Below are positions 1-18,110 of a stretch of DNA of 64,000 bases, in pieces. The DNA lies in NCBI RefSeq assembly GCF_009914755.1, contig NC_060935.1; one strand, given 5' to 3'. Made by a program: the position numbers and the translations under genes. The first letter of the stretch is position 1, and every line of letters starts with the position of its first letter. Below the pieces are notes generated by a model, which was given only the letters and a program-made list of their open reading frames with translations, was not told where the DNA came from and did not search any database. This DNA comes from the human T2T-CHM13v2.0 reference genome, Homo sapiens.

Positions 1-149
1 ATTTTTTATGTTTGGGGGAGCAATAATTTATATCTCATTGTATTATCGAAATCCAGAAAATTTAATAAAATGAAATGAAGATCCTTGAAGAGAATCAATA
101 AAATAAATAAAACGATTAAATCACTTAAAAAAAAAGGGACCCTTCTGGT

Positions 150-2522
<2,373 letters not shown>

Positions 2523-2732
2523 GGCTTTGGGTTCCAAGATGGCCGAATAGGAACAGCTCCAGTCTGCAGCTCCCAGTGTGACTGATGCAGAAGACGGGTG
2601 ATTTCTGCATTTACAACTGAGGTACCTGGTACATCTCATTGGGACTGGTTGGACAGTGGGTGCAGCCCACAGAAGGCGAGCTGAAGCAGGGTGGGGGATT
2701 TCCCTTTCCTAGCCAAGGGAAGCTGTGACAGA

Positions 2733-2927
2733 CTACCTGGAAAATCGGGACACTCCCACCCAAAGGCTGTGCTTTTCCCAAGGTCTTAGCAACCAGCAGA
2801 CAAGATGATTCTCTCCCATGCCTGACTTAGCGGCTCCCACTCCCACAGAGCCTTGCTCACTGCTAGCACAGCAGTCTGAGATCGATCTGCAAGACGGCAG
2901 CCTGGCTGAGGGACGGGCGTCCACCAT
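2733..2927 (-). CDS. ORF0: LINE-1 antisense ORF0 homolog (64 aa), open; expression unknown
   Basis: MVDARPSARLPSCRSISDCCAS..SVGVG..VGVSRFSR aligns with L1HS ORF0 (MAGAPPPASLPPCSLISDCCAS..SVGVG..VGVTRFSR). The ATG is in a gccATGg context. Confidence 0.7.
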   Translation of the reverse strand: MVDARPSARLPSCRSISDCCASSEQGSVGVGAAKSGMGENHLVCWLLRPWEKHSLWVGVSRFSR

Positions 2928-3525
2928 GGCTGATGCTTGAGGAGGTAAACAAAGTGGCTAGGAAGCTCGAACTGGGCAGAGCTCACGGCAGCTCAATAAG
3001 GCCTACTGCCTCTAGACTCCACCTCTGTGGGCAGGGCATAGCTGAACGAAAGGCAGCAGATGACTTCTGCAGACTTAAATGTCCCTGTCTGACAGCTCTG
3101 AAGAGAGCAGTGGTTCTCCCAGCATGGCTTTTGAGCTCTGAGAATGGACAGACTGCCTCCTCAAGTGGGTCCCTGACCCCCGTGTAGCCTAACTGGGAGA
3201 CACGTCCCAGTAGGGGCTGACAGACACCTCATATAGGCGGCTGCCCCTCTGGGATGAAGCTTCTATACGAAGGATCAGGCAGCAATTTTTGCTGTTCTGC
3301 AATACTTGCTGTTCTGCAGCCTCCACTGGTGATACAAAGGCAAACAGGGTCTGGAGTGGACCTCCAGCAAAATCCAACAGACCTGCAGCTGAGGGACCTG
3401 ACTGTTAGAAGGAAAACTAACAAACAGAGAGGAATAGCATCAACATCAACAAAAAGGTCATCCGCACCAAAACCCCATCTGTAGGTCACCAACATCAAAG
3501 ACCAAACGTAAATAAAACCACAAAG

Positions 3526-4547
3526 ATGGGGAGAAGTCAGAGCAGAAAAGCTGAAAATTCTAAAAATCAGAGCACCTCTTCTGCAAAGGATTGCAACTCC
3601 TCGTCAGCAATGGGACAAAGATGGATGGAGAATGACTTTAATGAGTTGACAGAAGTAGGCTTCAGAAGGTCGGTAATAACATACTTCTCCGAGCTAAAAA
3701 AGGATGTTCAAACCCATTGCAAGGAAGCTAAAAACCTTGAAAAAAGATTGGACGAATAGCTAACTAGAATAAACAGTGTAGAGAAGACCTTAAATTGCCT
3801 GATGGAGCTGAAAACCATGGCATGAGAACTTCGTGACGCATGCACAAGCTTCAATAGCTGATGCGATCAAGCGGAAGAAAGGGTATCAGTGACTGAAGAT
3901 CAAATTAATGAAATAAAGCAAGAAGGCAAGATTAGAGAAAAAAGAGTGAAAAGAAATGAATAAAGCCTCCAAGAAATATGCGACTATGTGAAAAGACCAA
4001 ATCTGCGTTTGACTGGTGTACCTGAAAGTGATGGGAAGAATGGAACCAAGTTGGAAAACACTCTTCAGGATATTATCCAGGAGAACTTCCCCAATCTAGC
4101 AAGGCTGGCCAACATTCAAATTCAGGAAATACAGAGAACACCACAGAGATACTTCTCGAGAAGAGCAACCCCAAGACACATAATTGAGAGATTCGCCAAG
4201 GTTGAAATGAAGGAAAAAATGTTAAGGGCAGCCAGAGAGAAAGGTCGGGTTACCCACAAAGGGAAGCCCATCAGACTAACAGCAGATCCCTCGGCAGAAA
4301 CTCTACAAGCCAGAAGAGAGTGGGGGCCAATATTCAACATTCTGAAAGAAAAGGATTTTCAACCAGAATTTCATATCCAGCCAAACTAAGCTTCATAAGT
4401 AAAGGAGAAATAAAATCCTTTACAGACAAGCAAATGTTGAGAGATTTTGTCACCACCAGGCCTGCCTTACAAGAGCTCCTGAAGGAAGCACCAAACATGA
4501 AAAGAAACAACCAGTACCAACCACTGCAAAAACAGGCCAAATTGTAA
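3526..4547 (+). pseudogene. L1 ORF1p, disrupted
   Basis: Three fragments (3526-3759, 3988-4389, 4320-4547) separated by stops and a frameshift. Motifs KRPNLRL.GVPE and YPAKLSF are present. Confidence 0.92.
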
Positions 4548-4610
4548 AGACCATCGATGCTGTGAAGAAACTGCATCAATTAACAGACAAAATAACCAGC
4601 GAACATCATA

Positions 4611-8424
<3,814 letters not shown>

Positions 8425-8694
8425 ACAATGAGATCACTTGGACACAGGATGGGGAACATCACACACCGGGGCATGTCGTGGGGTGGGAGGCTGGGGTAGG
8501 GATAGCATTAGGAGAAATACCCAATGTAAATGATGAGTTGATGGGTGCAGCAAACCAACATGGCACATGCATACCTATGTATCAAACCTGCACGTTGTGC
8601 ACATGTACCCTAGGATTTAAAGTATAATAAAAAAATACTTTTGCTAGTGGAGACACAAACAAATTGAACTAGGTAACTTAAAAAAAAAAGTCTG

Positions 8695-9730
8695 TTAAGA
8701 GGGTGAAAAGAAAAGCTACTGGGAGAAAATATTTGCAAACCACATATCTAACAGGGGACTAACATCTAGAATGTATAAAGATCTATCAAAACTGAACAGA
8801 AAAAAAACTGAAGGATCCAATTAGAATATGGAGAAAAGATGTGAGATGCATTGCACTGAAGAGAATAGATAGGTGGCCAGTAAGCTCATGAAAAGGTGTT
8901 CAACAGTATTAGCCATTAGGGAAATGCAAATTTAGCCACAGTAAGTTATCACTACACACTTGTCAGAGTAGCTAAAAACAAAAAATAGTGACAACCCTAA
9001 ATAATGGCAAGAACACAGAGAAACTGATCACATTGCTGGTGGAATGCACAGTGGAACCACTCCTCTGGAAAATAGTTGGACAGTTTCATGCAACTACCAT
9101 ACAACCCAGCATATGAACTCTTCAAAATTTATCCCAGAGAAGTAAATACTTATGTTCACCAAAAAACCTATATGTGAATGCTCAGAGCAGCTTTATTCAT
9201 AATAGCCAAAAACTAGAAACAGCATAGATATCCTTCAACAGGTGAATGGTTAAAACAAAAAAAAAGTGGTACCTCCATACCATGGAATACTACTCAGCAG
9301 TAGAAAAAACAAAAACCGATTGCTTCATGCAAAACCTGGAGGATTCTGCAGAGCATTATGCTGAGCAAAAAGAGGTCAATCTCAAAAGGTTCCATTCTGT
9401 ACTCTACCATTTATATGACATTCTTGAAATAACAAAATTATGGAAATAGAGACCAGATTAGTGGTTACCAGGGGCTACAGAGCGAGTGGGAGCATGAGGG
9501 CAGGGGATGTGGCTATAAAAAGGGAAGCTGAGAAGTCCCTGTGACGATCTGTTCTGTATCTTGGCTGCATCAATGTCAATGTGCTGATCATACTAAGATA
9601 CTGTACTGTAGGTTTGAAGAAGTTAATACGGGGGGGACTAGGTAAAGGGTATACAGGATCTATCTGTATTACTTCCTACAACTGCATGTGAAAATACAGT
9701 TATTTCAAAAAGTTTATTTTTTAAAAATAA
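8695..9730 (+). mobile_element. L1MC-like element, right part including 3' end
   Basis: ttaagagggtgaaaag...gggagaaaatatttgcaaa resumes the host L1; WYLHTMEYYSA motif; L1MC-type 3' end (caactgcatgtgaa). Confidence 0.85.
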
Positions 9731-9749
9731 CTATTCTTAGCTTTCCATC

Positions 9750-9800
9750 TGTTCAAAAGCAGGTGGCAGGCTAGATTTGGCCCACAGGCTGTAGTAGTTT
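9750..9800 (+). mobile_element. MER58-like hAT fragment
   Basis: caaaagcaggtggcaggctagatttggcccacaggctgtag resembles the MER58 terminus. Confidence 0.5.
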
Positions 9801-9915
9801 ATAGAGTTTAGTGCAAACACCAAGAAACACTGTATGTTCATTCAATGGTGTTTTAAATGTTAAAACTACAGAGTTCCAAACAGAGAGGTCCTAAAATGTG
9901 TTTTCAGTCATTTGG

Positions 9916-10129
9916 TTCTTATAATTGCAATAGTGGTTTTTCTACAGGGACAATGTCCATCCCAATCCTAATTGGGAGGGGATAGGAGCAGTGGGTATGT
10001 AACCTCTAGATTTGGAATCTTCAAAATCCTCTTTGTCTTGTTTTAATATGAGCACCATGAGTTCATCTTCTCCAGTTATATGCTTCCATATACTACATCC
10101 TGGATTCTCACTATACCATGGAAGCTGGT
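9916..10129 (-). pseudogene. Putative fossil coding repeat, copy A
   Basis: Colinear homology with 12272-12513. The minus frame reads HQLPWYSENPGCSIWKHITGEDELMVLILKQDKEDFEDSKSRGYIPTAPIPSQLGLGWTLSL*. Confidence 0.4.
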
Positions 10130-10329
10130 GTGTGTTTTATTCAAATGTGTTGCAGGCCACAAAATATGACTGTTCTTTGAATAGGAGTTCGGTTTGAATT
10201 GTATATATTGGTTTTAACTTTCTTAGCCCTTCCATTCACAATCTGTTTTGGCCACTGTGCAGCAGAAAAACAAATTTTAAACCATATTTAAAACATATAT
10301 ATTCACATTCACATTAGGAAGTTTATTTT

Positions 10330-11120
10330 GATCCAAACAGCAATCATCATTCAGTCATTCAGTATGGTCTCTGTTTCCTTTGCATCGCTATTTAATGTTT
10401 CCTTATGTTGGCTTCTGTCTTTTAAAAAATATATCATGATCCTTAGCCATCTGCTTGTATTTAAAAGTGGGACACTAAAAATCTCTGTGCCCATGGGTGG
10501 GCTCAGTGGAATTTTACTAACCTGGAGCTTTACTGCAGGTGAATCCAAATAGATTTCTTTGGGTAGCCCTCAATATTAGTGTCCTTAGGTCTTTTCTCTT
10601 GGATCTGTTACATTTCTCAGAGAGGCTGCTTCTACTTTTCTGTCTGAAGGGTATACTCTTCCTTGCCACATTCTGGGGGTCCAGGTGGAAAAAAAAGGTT
10701 GAGGATCTCAGCATTCGATATGTATATTACTGGAGCCCATATTTTTAGTACAAGATCTCTTCCTTCAGCTGTACCTGGTGCCGTCAGCCAAGAGACTCTG
10801 TGTTCGACTCTCTCTTGAGAATGAATCACCTGCCTTCTGTCACGATTGGGGAAAGAATCTGGTAGTTTAACGAGTTCTTAGGCTGACTTTCTACCAATCC
10901 TTCTTCTAGCTTTACCTTCACAGTCACTTCCAGAATAACCTGGGTATACCCATTCCTGAGCTTTGTGAGGATCTGCAGTGACAGTCAGGCTGATTTTGAG
11001 ATGCTCTCACTGCCAACTATAACTCATTGTTCTCAGGTCTGCTAAGGCAGTTACCACTCAACCCTTTGCTTTCCATTTTTCAAAATGGAGCTGCTCTTAC
11101 CTCTGCTCCCTTTCTCTTCA
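10330..11120 (-). mobile_element. Ancient L1M (L1ME-like) fragment
   Basis: Degenerate motifs resembling old L1 5' regions (cttagccatctgcttgtatttaaaagtgggacactaaaa); edges approximate. Confidence 0.4.
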
Positions 11121-11126
11121 TGCTAG

Positions 11127-11879
11127 TGATAGGGACAGGAGGCAGAGAAATTCTAGGCAAGAAAGGGCGGGTCCCTGGCAAAAACCCCCCCCTCAAGCTG
11201 AAAAGCCTGAAACCATGGCCCAAAATAAGAACTTCTATCCCTGTTTTCCCACTCGAATGTTGCCTTTTCGTGAACTACCCATGGCCCCACCCCTCCCTAT
11301 CCTGTGCCTATAAAGACCCCAGACTCAGCCAGCAGAGAAGTAGCTGGACGTCAGGACTACAGCTGGATGTCAGGACTGCAGCTGGATGTCAGAGAGAAGC
11401 AGCTTGACTTTAGACAGACAGCTTAACAGCATAACTTCAGAGAAGAATCCAGCTGGAGACAGACAGACTTCAGAGGAAGATTACCTTCCCACCCCATTTC
11501 GGCTCCCCTTCTCACTGAGAGCCACTTTCATCGGCAGTAAAATCCCCCACATTTACCATCCTTCAATTTGCCTATGCAAACTCATTTTTCCTGGACACCA
11601 CACAAGAGCTCAGGAGCCATGAGTGCAGAGCACTGTAACATGCCCTCTGGGGCTTTGGGGGTTACAGGTACCCCAACCTAGACACTGCCACAAGGGCCTG
11701 CATGGAGTTCTCTCCTGCCAGTGCCGAGGCAGCCAACCAGTTCCAACACTCACACACTCCAGTTCCCACCTCATTTGCTGATGCGCTCCCTCCTGCAAGG
11801 AGTTGAGAGCAGCAGGCTGAGTAAATGAGGCACCCCTGTTATGAGTCTTGTGAAGGGGATAGGGAAATATCCTGCTTCA
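11127..11879 (+). mobile_element. Solo ERV1 LTR, MER50 family (MER50B-like)
   Basis: TG...CA termini, 4-bp TSD ctag (11123-11126 and 11880-11883), TATA cctataaaga, agtaaa poly(A) signal. Confidence 0.85.
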
Positions 11880-12045
11880 CTAGGAATGTATGTCTTTTTT
11901 CCTTTTACTTTACTATGGCTTTACCTTTAAGAGGGAGCATGTATTCAACTCACCATCATTAACCAGAAGTCTTTATTCAGCCTGAGCCAACACATAGGAA
12001 TTGTGGTTGTAAGGGTTTAACATGACATATGAGTTTGTCAGCATC

Positions 12046-12164
12046 TTTCTTTTTTTTGAGACAAAGTCTCACTCTGTGGCCCAGGCTGGAGTGCAGTGGT
12101 GCAATCTTGGTCCACTGCAGCCTCTCCTTCCTGGGTTCAAGCAATTCTCCTGCCTCAGCCTCCC
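12046..12164 (-). mobile_element. 5'-truncated Alu (3' part of right arm)
   Basis: PolyT followed by gagacaaagtctcactctgtggcccaggctggagtgcag; diverged TSD tgagtttgtca(g/t)cat on both sides. Confidence 0.9.
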
Positions 12165-12271
12165 TGAGTTTGTCATCATTCTTATCCAGTTAAGAGCTGG
12201 GACATAGGCTCCTCTCCCATGCCTGCTTCATGCACATGGACTCAAGTTATTCTGATTGTAGCTAGGATTAA

Positions 12272-12513
12272 TTCTTATCATTACTATAGGTAATGACAAA
12301 GACTCTAAGGCAGGGGCCAAATCCCAAGCCTAACTTGAAGGAGAAAGTACAAGATATCCTTATTTGGATATGGAATCTTCTTCAAAATCCTTTTTCTTCT
12401 GTTACTTTGTTTTATTTTTTAACACCAGTATTTGGGGCCTATCTTCTCCAGTTCTAGGCTCTCCTAATGCTAGATACTTAATCAGAATCTATCAGGATGC
12501 TCCAGGAAGTGGT
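12272..12513 (-). pseudogene. Putative fossil coding repeat, copy B
   Basis: Minus frame ..EPRTGEDRPQILVLKNKTK*QKKKDFEEDSISK*GYL../LGLGFG, homologous to copy A. Confidence 0.4.
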
Positions 12514-13285
12514 AGGAGATCTAGCCAGTAAACTCTAAGAAACTTTTCATCTCTAATGTTCTAAAATTCAAATAGGTTTTTTAAGATAGTCTGAAAATCT
12601 AACCATGAAATATAGACCTTAATTGCTACATAAATATGGTCTGGGCTCCATGCAGCAAATTTACGTATCAGCAGTAGACTAAATAAGAGCCTCAGGGAGA
12701 TATTTCCTCAGGGTACAGCAGTGCAGTGGGGCAGATGGACAATGATGGGCAAGAGCAGCTAAGCAGAGCTCCTGGGACCCAGCTCAGGGTGGGTCGGCCC
12801 ATGTGGTAGGTCTATCCGGAGGACATGTCACCCTGCTTAGGTATAAGCCACTCACAAATCCAGGGGAAGTTAGGATGGGACAAACACAACGTAATGCATT
12901 TCCTCACAGGCCATGGCTGACTTGGAAGTTTGCATGAGAGTAATGGGAATTGGAAAGAACTCTTCATATTTATTCAGCTCAACGTTTTGGAAAGTTGACA
13001 AATTATCTACGTATGCTTTTATGTATAAAGCAAAGGATTTAGAGCATTCTGCTTTTTAAAAGCTTTGCTGATTTGATAGGTAAAATGATATTCTATTGTT
13101 ACTTGAACAGAAATTTTTGTTTACACAGCTGTGCTTTTTTTTTTTTCATGAGCATACTGGTCATTTGCATTTTTCTTTTGTGAATTATCTGCTCTTTCAC
13201 TTTGTAAAAAATATTTATTGATATTCTCTTTTAGCTCTAGGAAAATGGGGTTAACAAGACAGACAACTTCTTTTGAATCTCCTAG

Positions 13286-13620
<335 letters not shown>

Positions 13621-14524
13621 AGTAAATAATTTTCGTAGATGTTTCTGAAACTTGAAAAAAAATACATAGCCTCTGTTTTTAGGAACAGTTTGATATGTAT
13701 GAGTCAGATATATTTTGTCTTCTAAATCCTTATCTTTTATTTACTTGCTCAAATAAAAGATAAGGATTTAGAAGACTCAAAGTCTCCAATTACTAATACA
13801 TTTCTGTCTATCACTCTTTGTATTTCCTATAATTTCTGTTAAGATAAATTTGGTCATTTTGTATGTATTCATAATTTCTAGATCTTCATTATAAATTATA
13901 TACTTTACACCATAAAGTGCCCTTTATCTCTTTTATGCTTTTTGCTCCCAACTTTATTTAATAGTAAGGCTGTAACTACTGCTTCCTGTTTGTTTCCCTG
14001 ACAATTTCCTGTTCGTAGATACCTGTTTAAAGCTATGAATTTTCATCTGAGCTCTCCTCTAATGGTATTACTTTCTTCTAGATGCATCACTGACATACTT
14101 TTGTCCATCTTTTTACTTTCAACTGCTTTGAGTCACTTTAAGGTGTATCTTTTTTATAAGATGTGCATTAGGTTTTCCTTTATATTCCAATTTAAGTCTT
14201 TTTTCTTTAAATAAGTATATTCACGCCATTTTCTCAGATTTGATAGCTATGTTTGGTCTTGCTTCTGTCATCATATTTTGCATTACACTATTTCCATCAA
14301 TGGTTCAAAATAACTTCCAATGTATATATAACTTCCAATATACATAACTTCCAATGTATATAGAAGCTGTATAGCTTGTTTCCTTCACTCGTGTGTGCTG
14401 TCATGATTTTATAAGCTTTTATTTTGTCTTAGTTGTTCCTAATGGCTACTTTATTTTTTTTCTCGTTGTCAGGAAGGTTTTTCATTTTTCAAATGATCAT
14501 TATATATTTTCTACAATTTCCTGA

Positions 14525-15160
14525 TTTTTCCTTTTAATTTCAGCATTTATTTTAGATACAGTGAGTACCTATGCAGGTTTGTTACATGGGTATACTGCAC
14601 CCAGGTAGTGAGCACAGTACCTGGTAAGTTTTTCAACCTACACACCTGTCTCTCCTTCCCACCTCTGGTAGCCCCCAGTATCTATTGTTCCCATGTTTAC
14701 GTCCATGGGTGCTCAACGTTTAGCTCTCACTTATAAGTGACAACATGGGGTATTTGGTTTTCTGTTCCTGCATCAGTTAGGATTATGGCCTCCATCCAGC
14801 TCCATCAGTGTTGCTACAAAAGACATTATTTCATTCTTTAGGCTGCATAGTATTCCATGTATCACATTTTCTTTATCCAGTTCACACTGATGGGCATCTA
14901 AGTTGATTTCCCATCTTTGCTATTGAGAATAGCATGGCAGTGAACATGTGTGCCTGTCTCTTTTTGGTATAAGGTTCTATTTGCCTTTGGGTATATACCC
15001 GTAATGGGATGGTGGGTCAAATGTTAACTCTGTTTTAAATTCTTTGAGAAATCTCCTAACTGCTTTCCACAGTGGCTGAACTAATTTACATTCCCACCAA
15101 TAGCGTATAAGCGTTCCCATTTCTCCATGGCCTCTCCAGAATCTGTTGGTTTTTAACTTT
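14525..15160 (-). mobile_element. L1PA15/16-like 3' fragment
   Basis: caggtttgttacatgggtatactgcacccaggtagtgagc 3'UTR followed by antisense ORF2 tail. Confidence 0.7.
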
Positions 15161-16625
15161 TTAATTGATAAAAATTGTGTATAATTATCATGTATATGTT
15201 GTTTTGAAATATGTACACATTGTGGAATGGCTAAATGGAGCTAATTAACATATGCATTACCTCACATAGTTGTCATTTTGTGATGAGAATACTTAAAATC
15301 TACTCTTAGTAATTTTCAAGAATACATTAACTGTAGTCACTATGCTGTATTACATGATTTCTTGAACTTATTCCTCCTAACTGAAATTTTGTATTGTTGA
15401 CCAGTAGCTCTCAAACCCCCTTCCATCCAGCCCCTGCAACTCTTCTATGAGTTCGACCTTTTCAGATTACACATATAAGTGAGATCATGCAGTATTTATC
15501 TTTCTGTGCCTGGCTTATTTCATTTAACATAAACCCTTCCAGGTTCATCCATATTGTCACAGATGACAGAATTTCCATCCTTTTAAAGGCTGAACAGTAT
15601 TCCATTGCGTATATACCTTTTTCTTTATCCATTTATCCACTGATAGACACTTAGGTTGGTTCCATATCTTGGCGGTTGTGAATAGTGTTGCAATGAATAT
15701 AGGAGTACAGATACCTCTTTGACATACTGATTTCATTTCCTTTAACTATGTACCCAGTAGTGAGATTGGTAGATCACATGGTAGTTCTACTTTTAATGTC
15801 TTGGGGAACCTCCATATTTTCCATAATGGCTGTACTAATTTACATTCCCACAAGTAGTATGCAAGTGTTCCCTTCTCCACATCCTCTCCAATACTTGTTT
15901 TTTCGTCATTTTGATAACAGCCATTCTAACAGGTACAAGGGTGATATTGTGGTTTTAATTTGCATTTCCCTGATTAGTGAGGTTGAACGTTTTTTCATAT
16001 ACCTGTTGCCCATTTGTATGTCTTTTGAGAAATGTCTATTCAGGTCTTTTGCTCATTTTCTAATTTGTTTTCTTACTATTGAGTTCCATATATATTTATA
16101 TATATTTGGGGTTTGGGGTTTTTTCTTATTTAAAAATTTACATGATTATATAGTAGGTGTATATATTTATGGGGTACATGAGATGTTTTGATACAGGCAT
16201 GCTATGTCAAATAAGCACATCATGGAGCATGGGGTATCCATTCCCCCTCAAGCATTTATCCTTTGAGTTACAATCCAACTACATTCATTATTTTAATATA
16301 CATTATTGACTATAGTCACCCTATTGTGCTATCAAATAGCAGATCTTATTCATTCCACTTTTTGGGGGGCATCCATTAACCGTCTCCCTGTATATATTTT
16401 GGATATTAACCCCCTATCAAATATATAGTGTGTACTTTTTTTTTTAACCATCCTGTAGGATGTCTCTTCACTCTGTTGATTGTTTCCTTGGGTCAGAAGC
16501 TTTTTCGTTCGATGTAATCCCATTTGTCTATTTTTGCCTTCGTTGTCTGTGCTTTTGGGTTCATATCCAAAAAAATTATTGCCCAGACCAGCGATACAGA
16601 GTTCTCTACCATGTTTTCTTCCAGC
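15160..16625 (-). mobile_element. L1MA-type 3' fragment with a nested younger L1MA2/3-like 3' end (~16118-16390)
   Basis: L1MA 3'UTR (tgtggaatggctaaat...ctaattaacatatgcattacctcac) and ORF2 remnant, interrupted by ggggtacatgagatgttttgatacaggcatgc. Confidence 0.7.
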
Positions 16626-17124
16626 ACCTTTATTCGTTAATCCTTTATTCCCTTAATTTCTATGTACTGACACCATACCTGAGCAACAATAAAATAATAG
16701 CATGCTTCACTTCATACTGCTCCTCCACCAAATAAGCTGATTATATTATTTCTATTTTTTCTTTCAGTACTTACCTTTACACTTCAAAGTATATTATCAG
16801 CTTTAAATAATTTAAAGTCCTAACATTAAAAGAGCAAGAAAGAATACTTATGTCACCTCATGTCTTCTCACTTCCAACTTGTTATAACATTTCTGAAACC
16901 ATAGTTTGCACAGTTGATTTTATTGTAATCCTATAGCAAATTATTTTACTGTAGCTTCTCCATTTCTCTTGTTTGGACACTATGCTCTTATGGTTTCTCC
17001 ACAAAATACTCATGAAAAATAGTCCCTAATTTTTCCATGTTTAGAAATGCTTATGTATTGCAGTTATACATGTTAGTTTGATGTGTTCCCCTGCTAAAAT
17101 GTACTCTATTTAATAAAGACAGGA

Positions 17125-17215
17125 ATATTTTACATTTTTCTCACTGATGTATCTCCCAGTACCAAGAACAGTACCTGGCACATAGTTGTTACACTGAAAA
17201 TAGTTGTTAAATGAG
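17125..17215 (+). mobile_element. L2 3' end
   Basis: cactgatgtatctcccagtaccaagaacagtacctggcacatag. Confidence 0.6.
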
Positions 17216-17776
17216 CAACATATTATACAAAGGAAACATACAAAAGAGCTCTTGGGTTGGTCTTTTTCCCCGAGAACTTTGTAGGCATTGCTCCTCAAGT
17301 GCTAAATGGTAGAGAAGGTTGAGGCTAGATTTCCATGCCCACTGCTATTTATTTTTGGTTTTTAGTAATTTGACTCTGACATGCCTAGGTGTGGTTTTCT
17401 TTGTTTACCCTACTTAGAGCTTGTTGAATTTCTTGAATCTGTGGGTTATTTTCCATCAAAGTTGAAAACGAAGCCAATTTTTATTAACGTTTTTCATGTG
17501 CACTCTTAAAAAATTATATTCTCCACTGGGTAAAAGGATCTAGTTTTATATACCATATCAAGCTTATTCATGTGATTATTCAAATCCTCTATAAACTTGC
17601 TCCTTTCATCTGCTCGATCTATCAACGTCTAAAAGTGCTACCTTAAAAACAACTAAAATTGTGATGTATTTCTTCTCGTGGTCCTGTCAAGTCACTTGCT
17701 TTATATATTTTGAAGCTATATTAACATACACATTCATGATCATAATCTTTTTTTTATTACAGTACTAGTATATGTT

Positions 17777-18110
17777 GGCCAGGCGCGGTGGCTCACGCCT
17801 GTAATCCCAGTACTTTGGGAGGCCGAGGTGGGTGGATCACGAAGTCAGGAGATCGAGACCATCCTGGCTAACACGGTGAAGCCCCGTCTCTACTAAAAAT
17901 ACAAAAAAAAAAAAAAAAAAAAAAACCAAAAAAAAACTAGCCGGGTGTGTTGGCAGGTGCCTGTAGTCCCAGCTACTCAGGAGGCTGAGGCAGGAGAATG
18001 GCGTGAACCCAGGAGGCGGAGCTGGCAGTGAGCCAAGATCATGCCACTGCACTCTAGCCTGGGCGACAGAGCGAGACTCCATCACAAAAATAAATAAATA
18101 AATAAAAATA
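17777..18110 (+). mobile_element. AluY with expanded middle A-tract
   Basis: ctggctaacacggtg and gagaatggcgtgaaccc; (TAAA)n tail; 15-bp TSD agtactagtatatgt (17761-17775 and 18112-18126). Confidence 0.95.
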
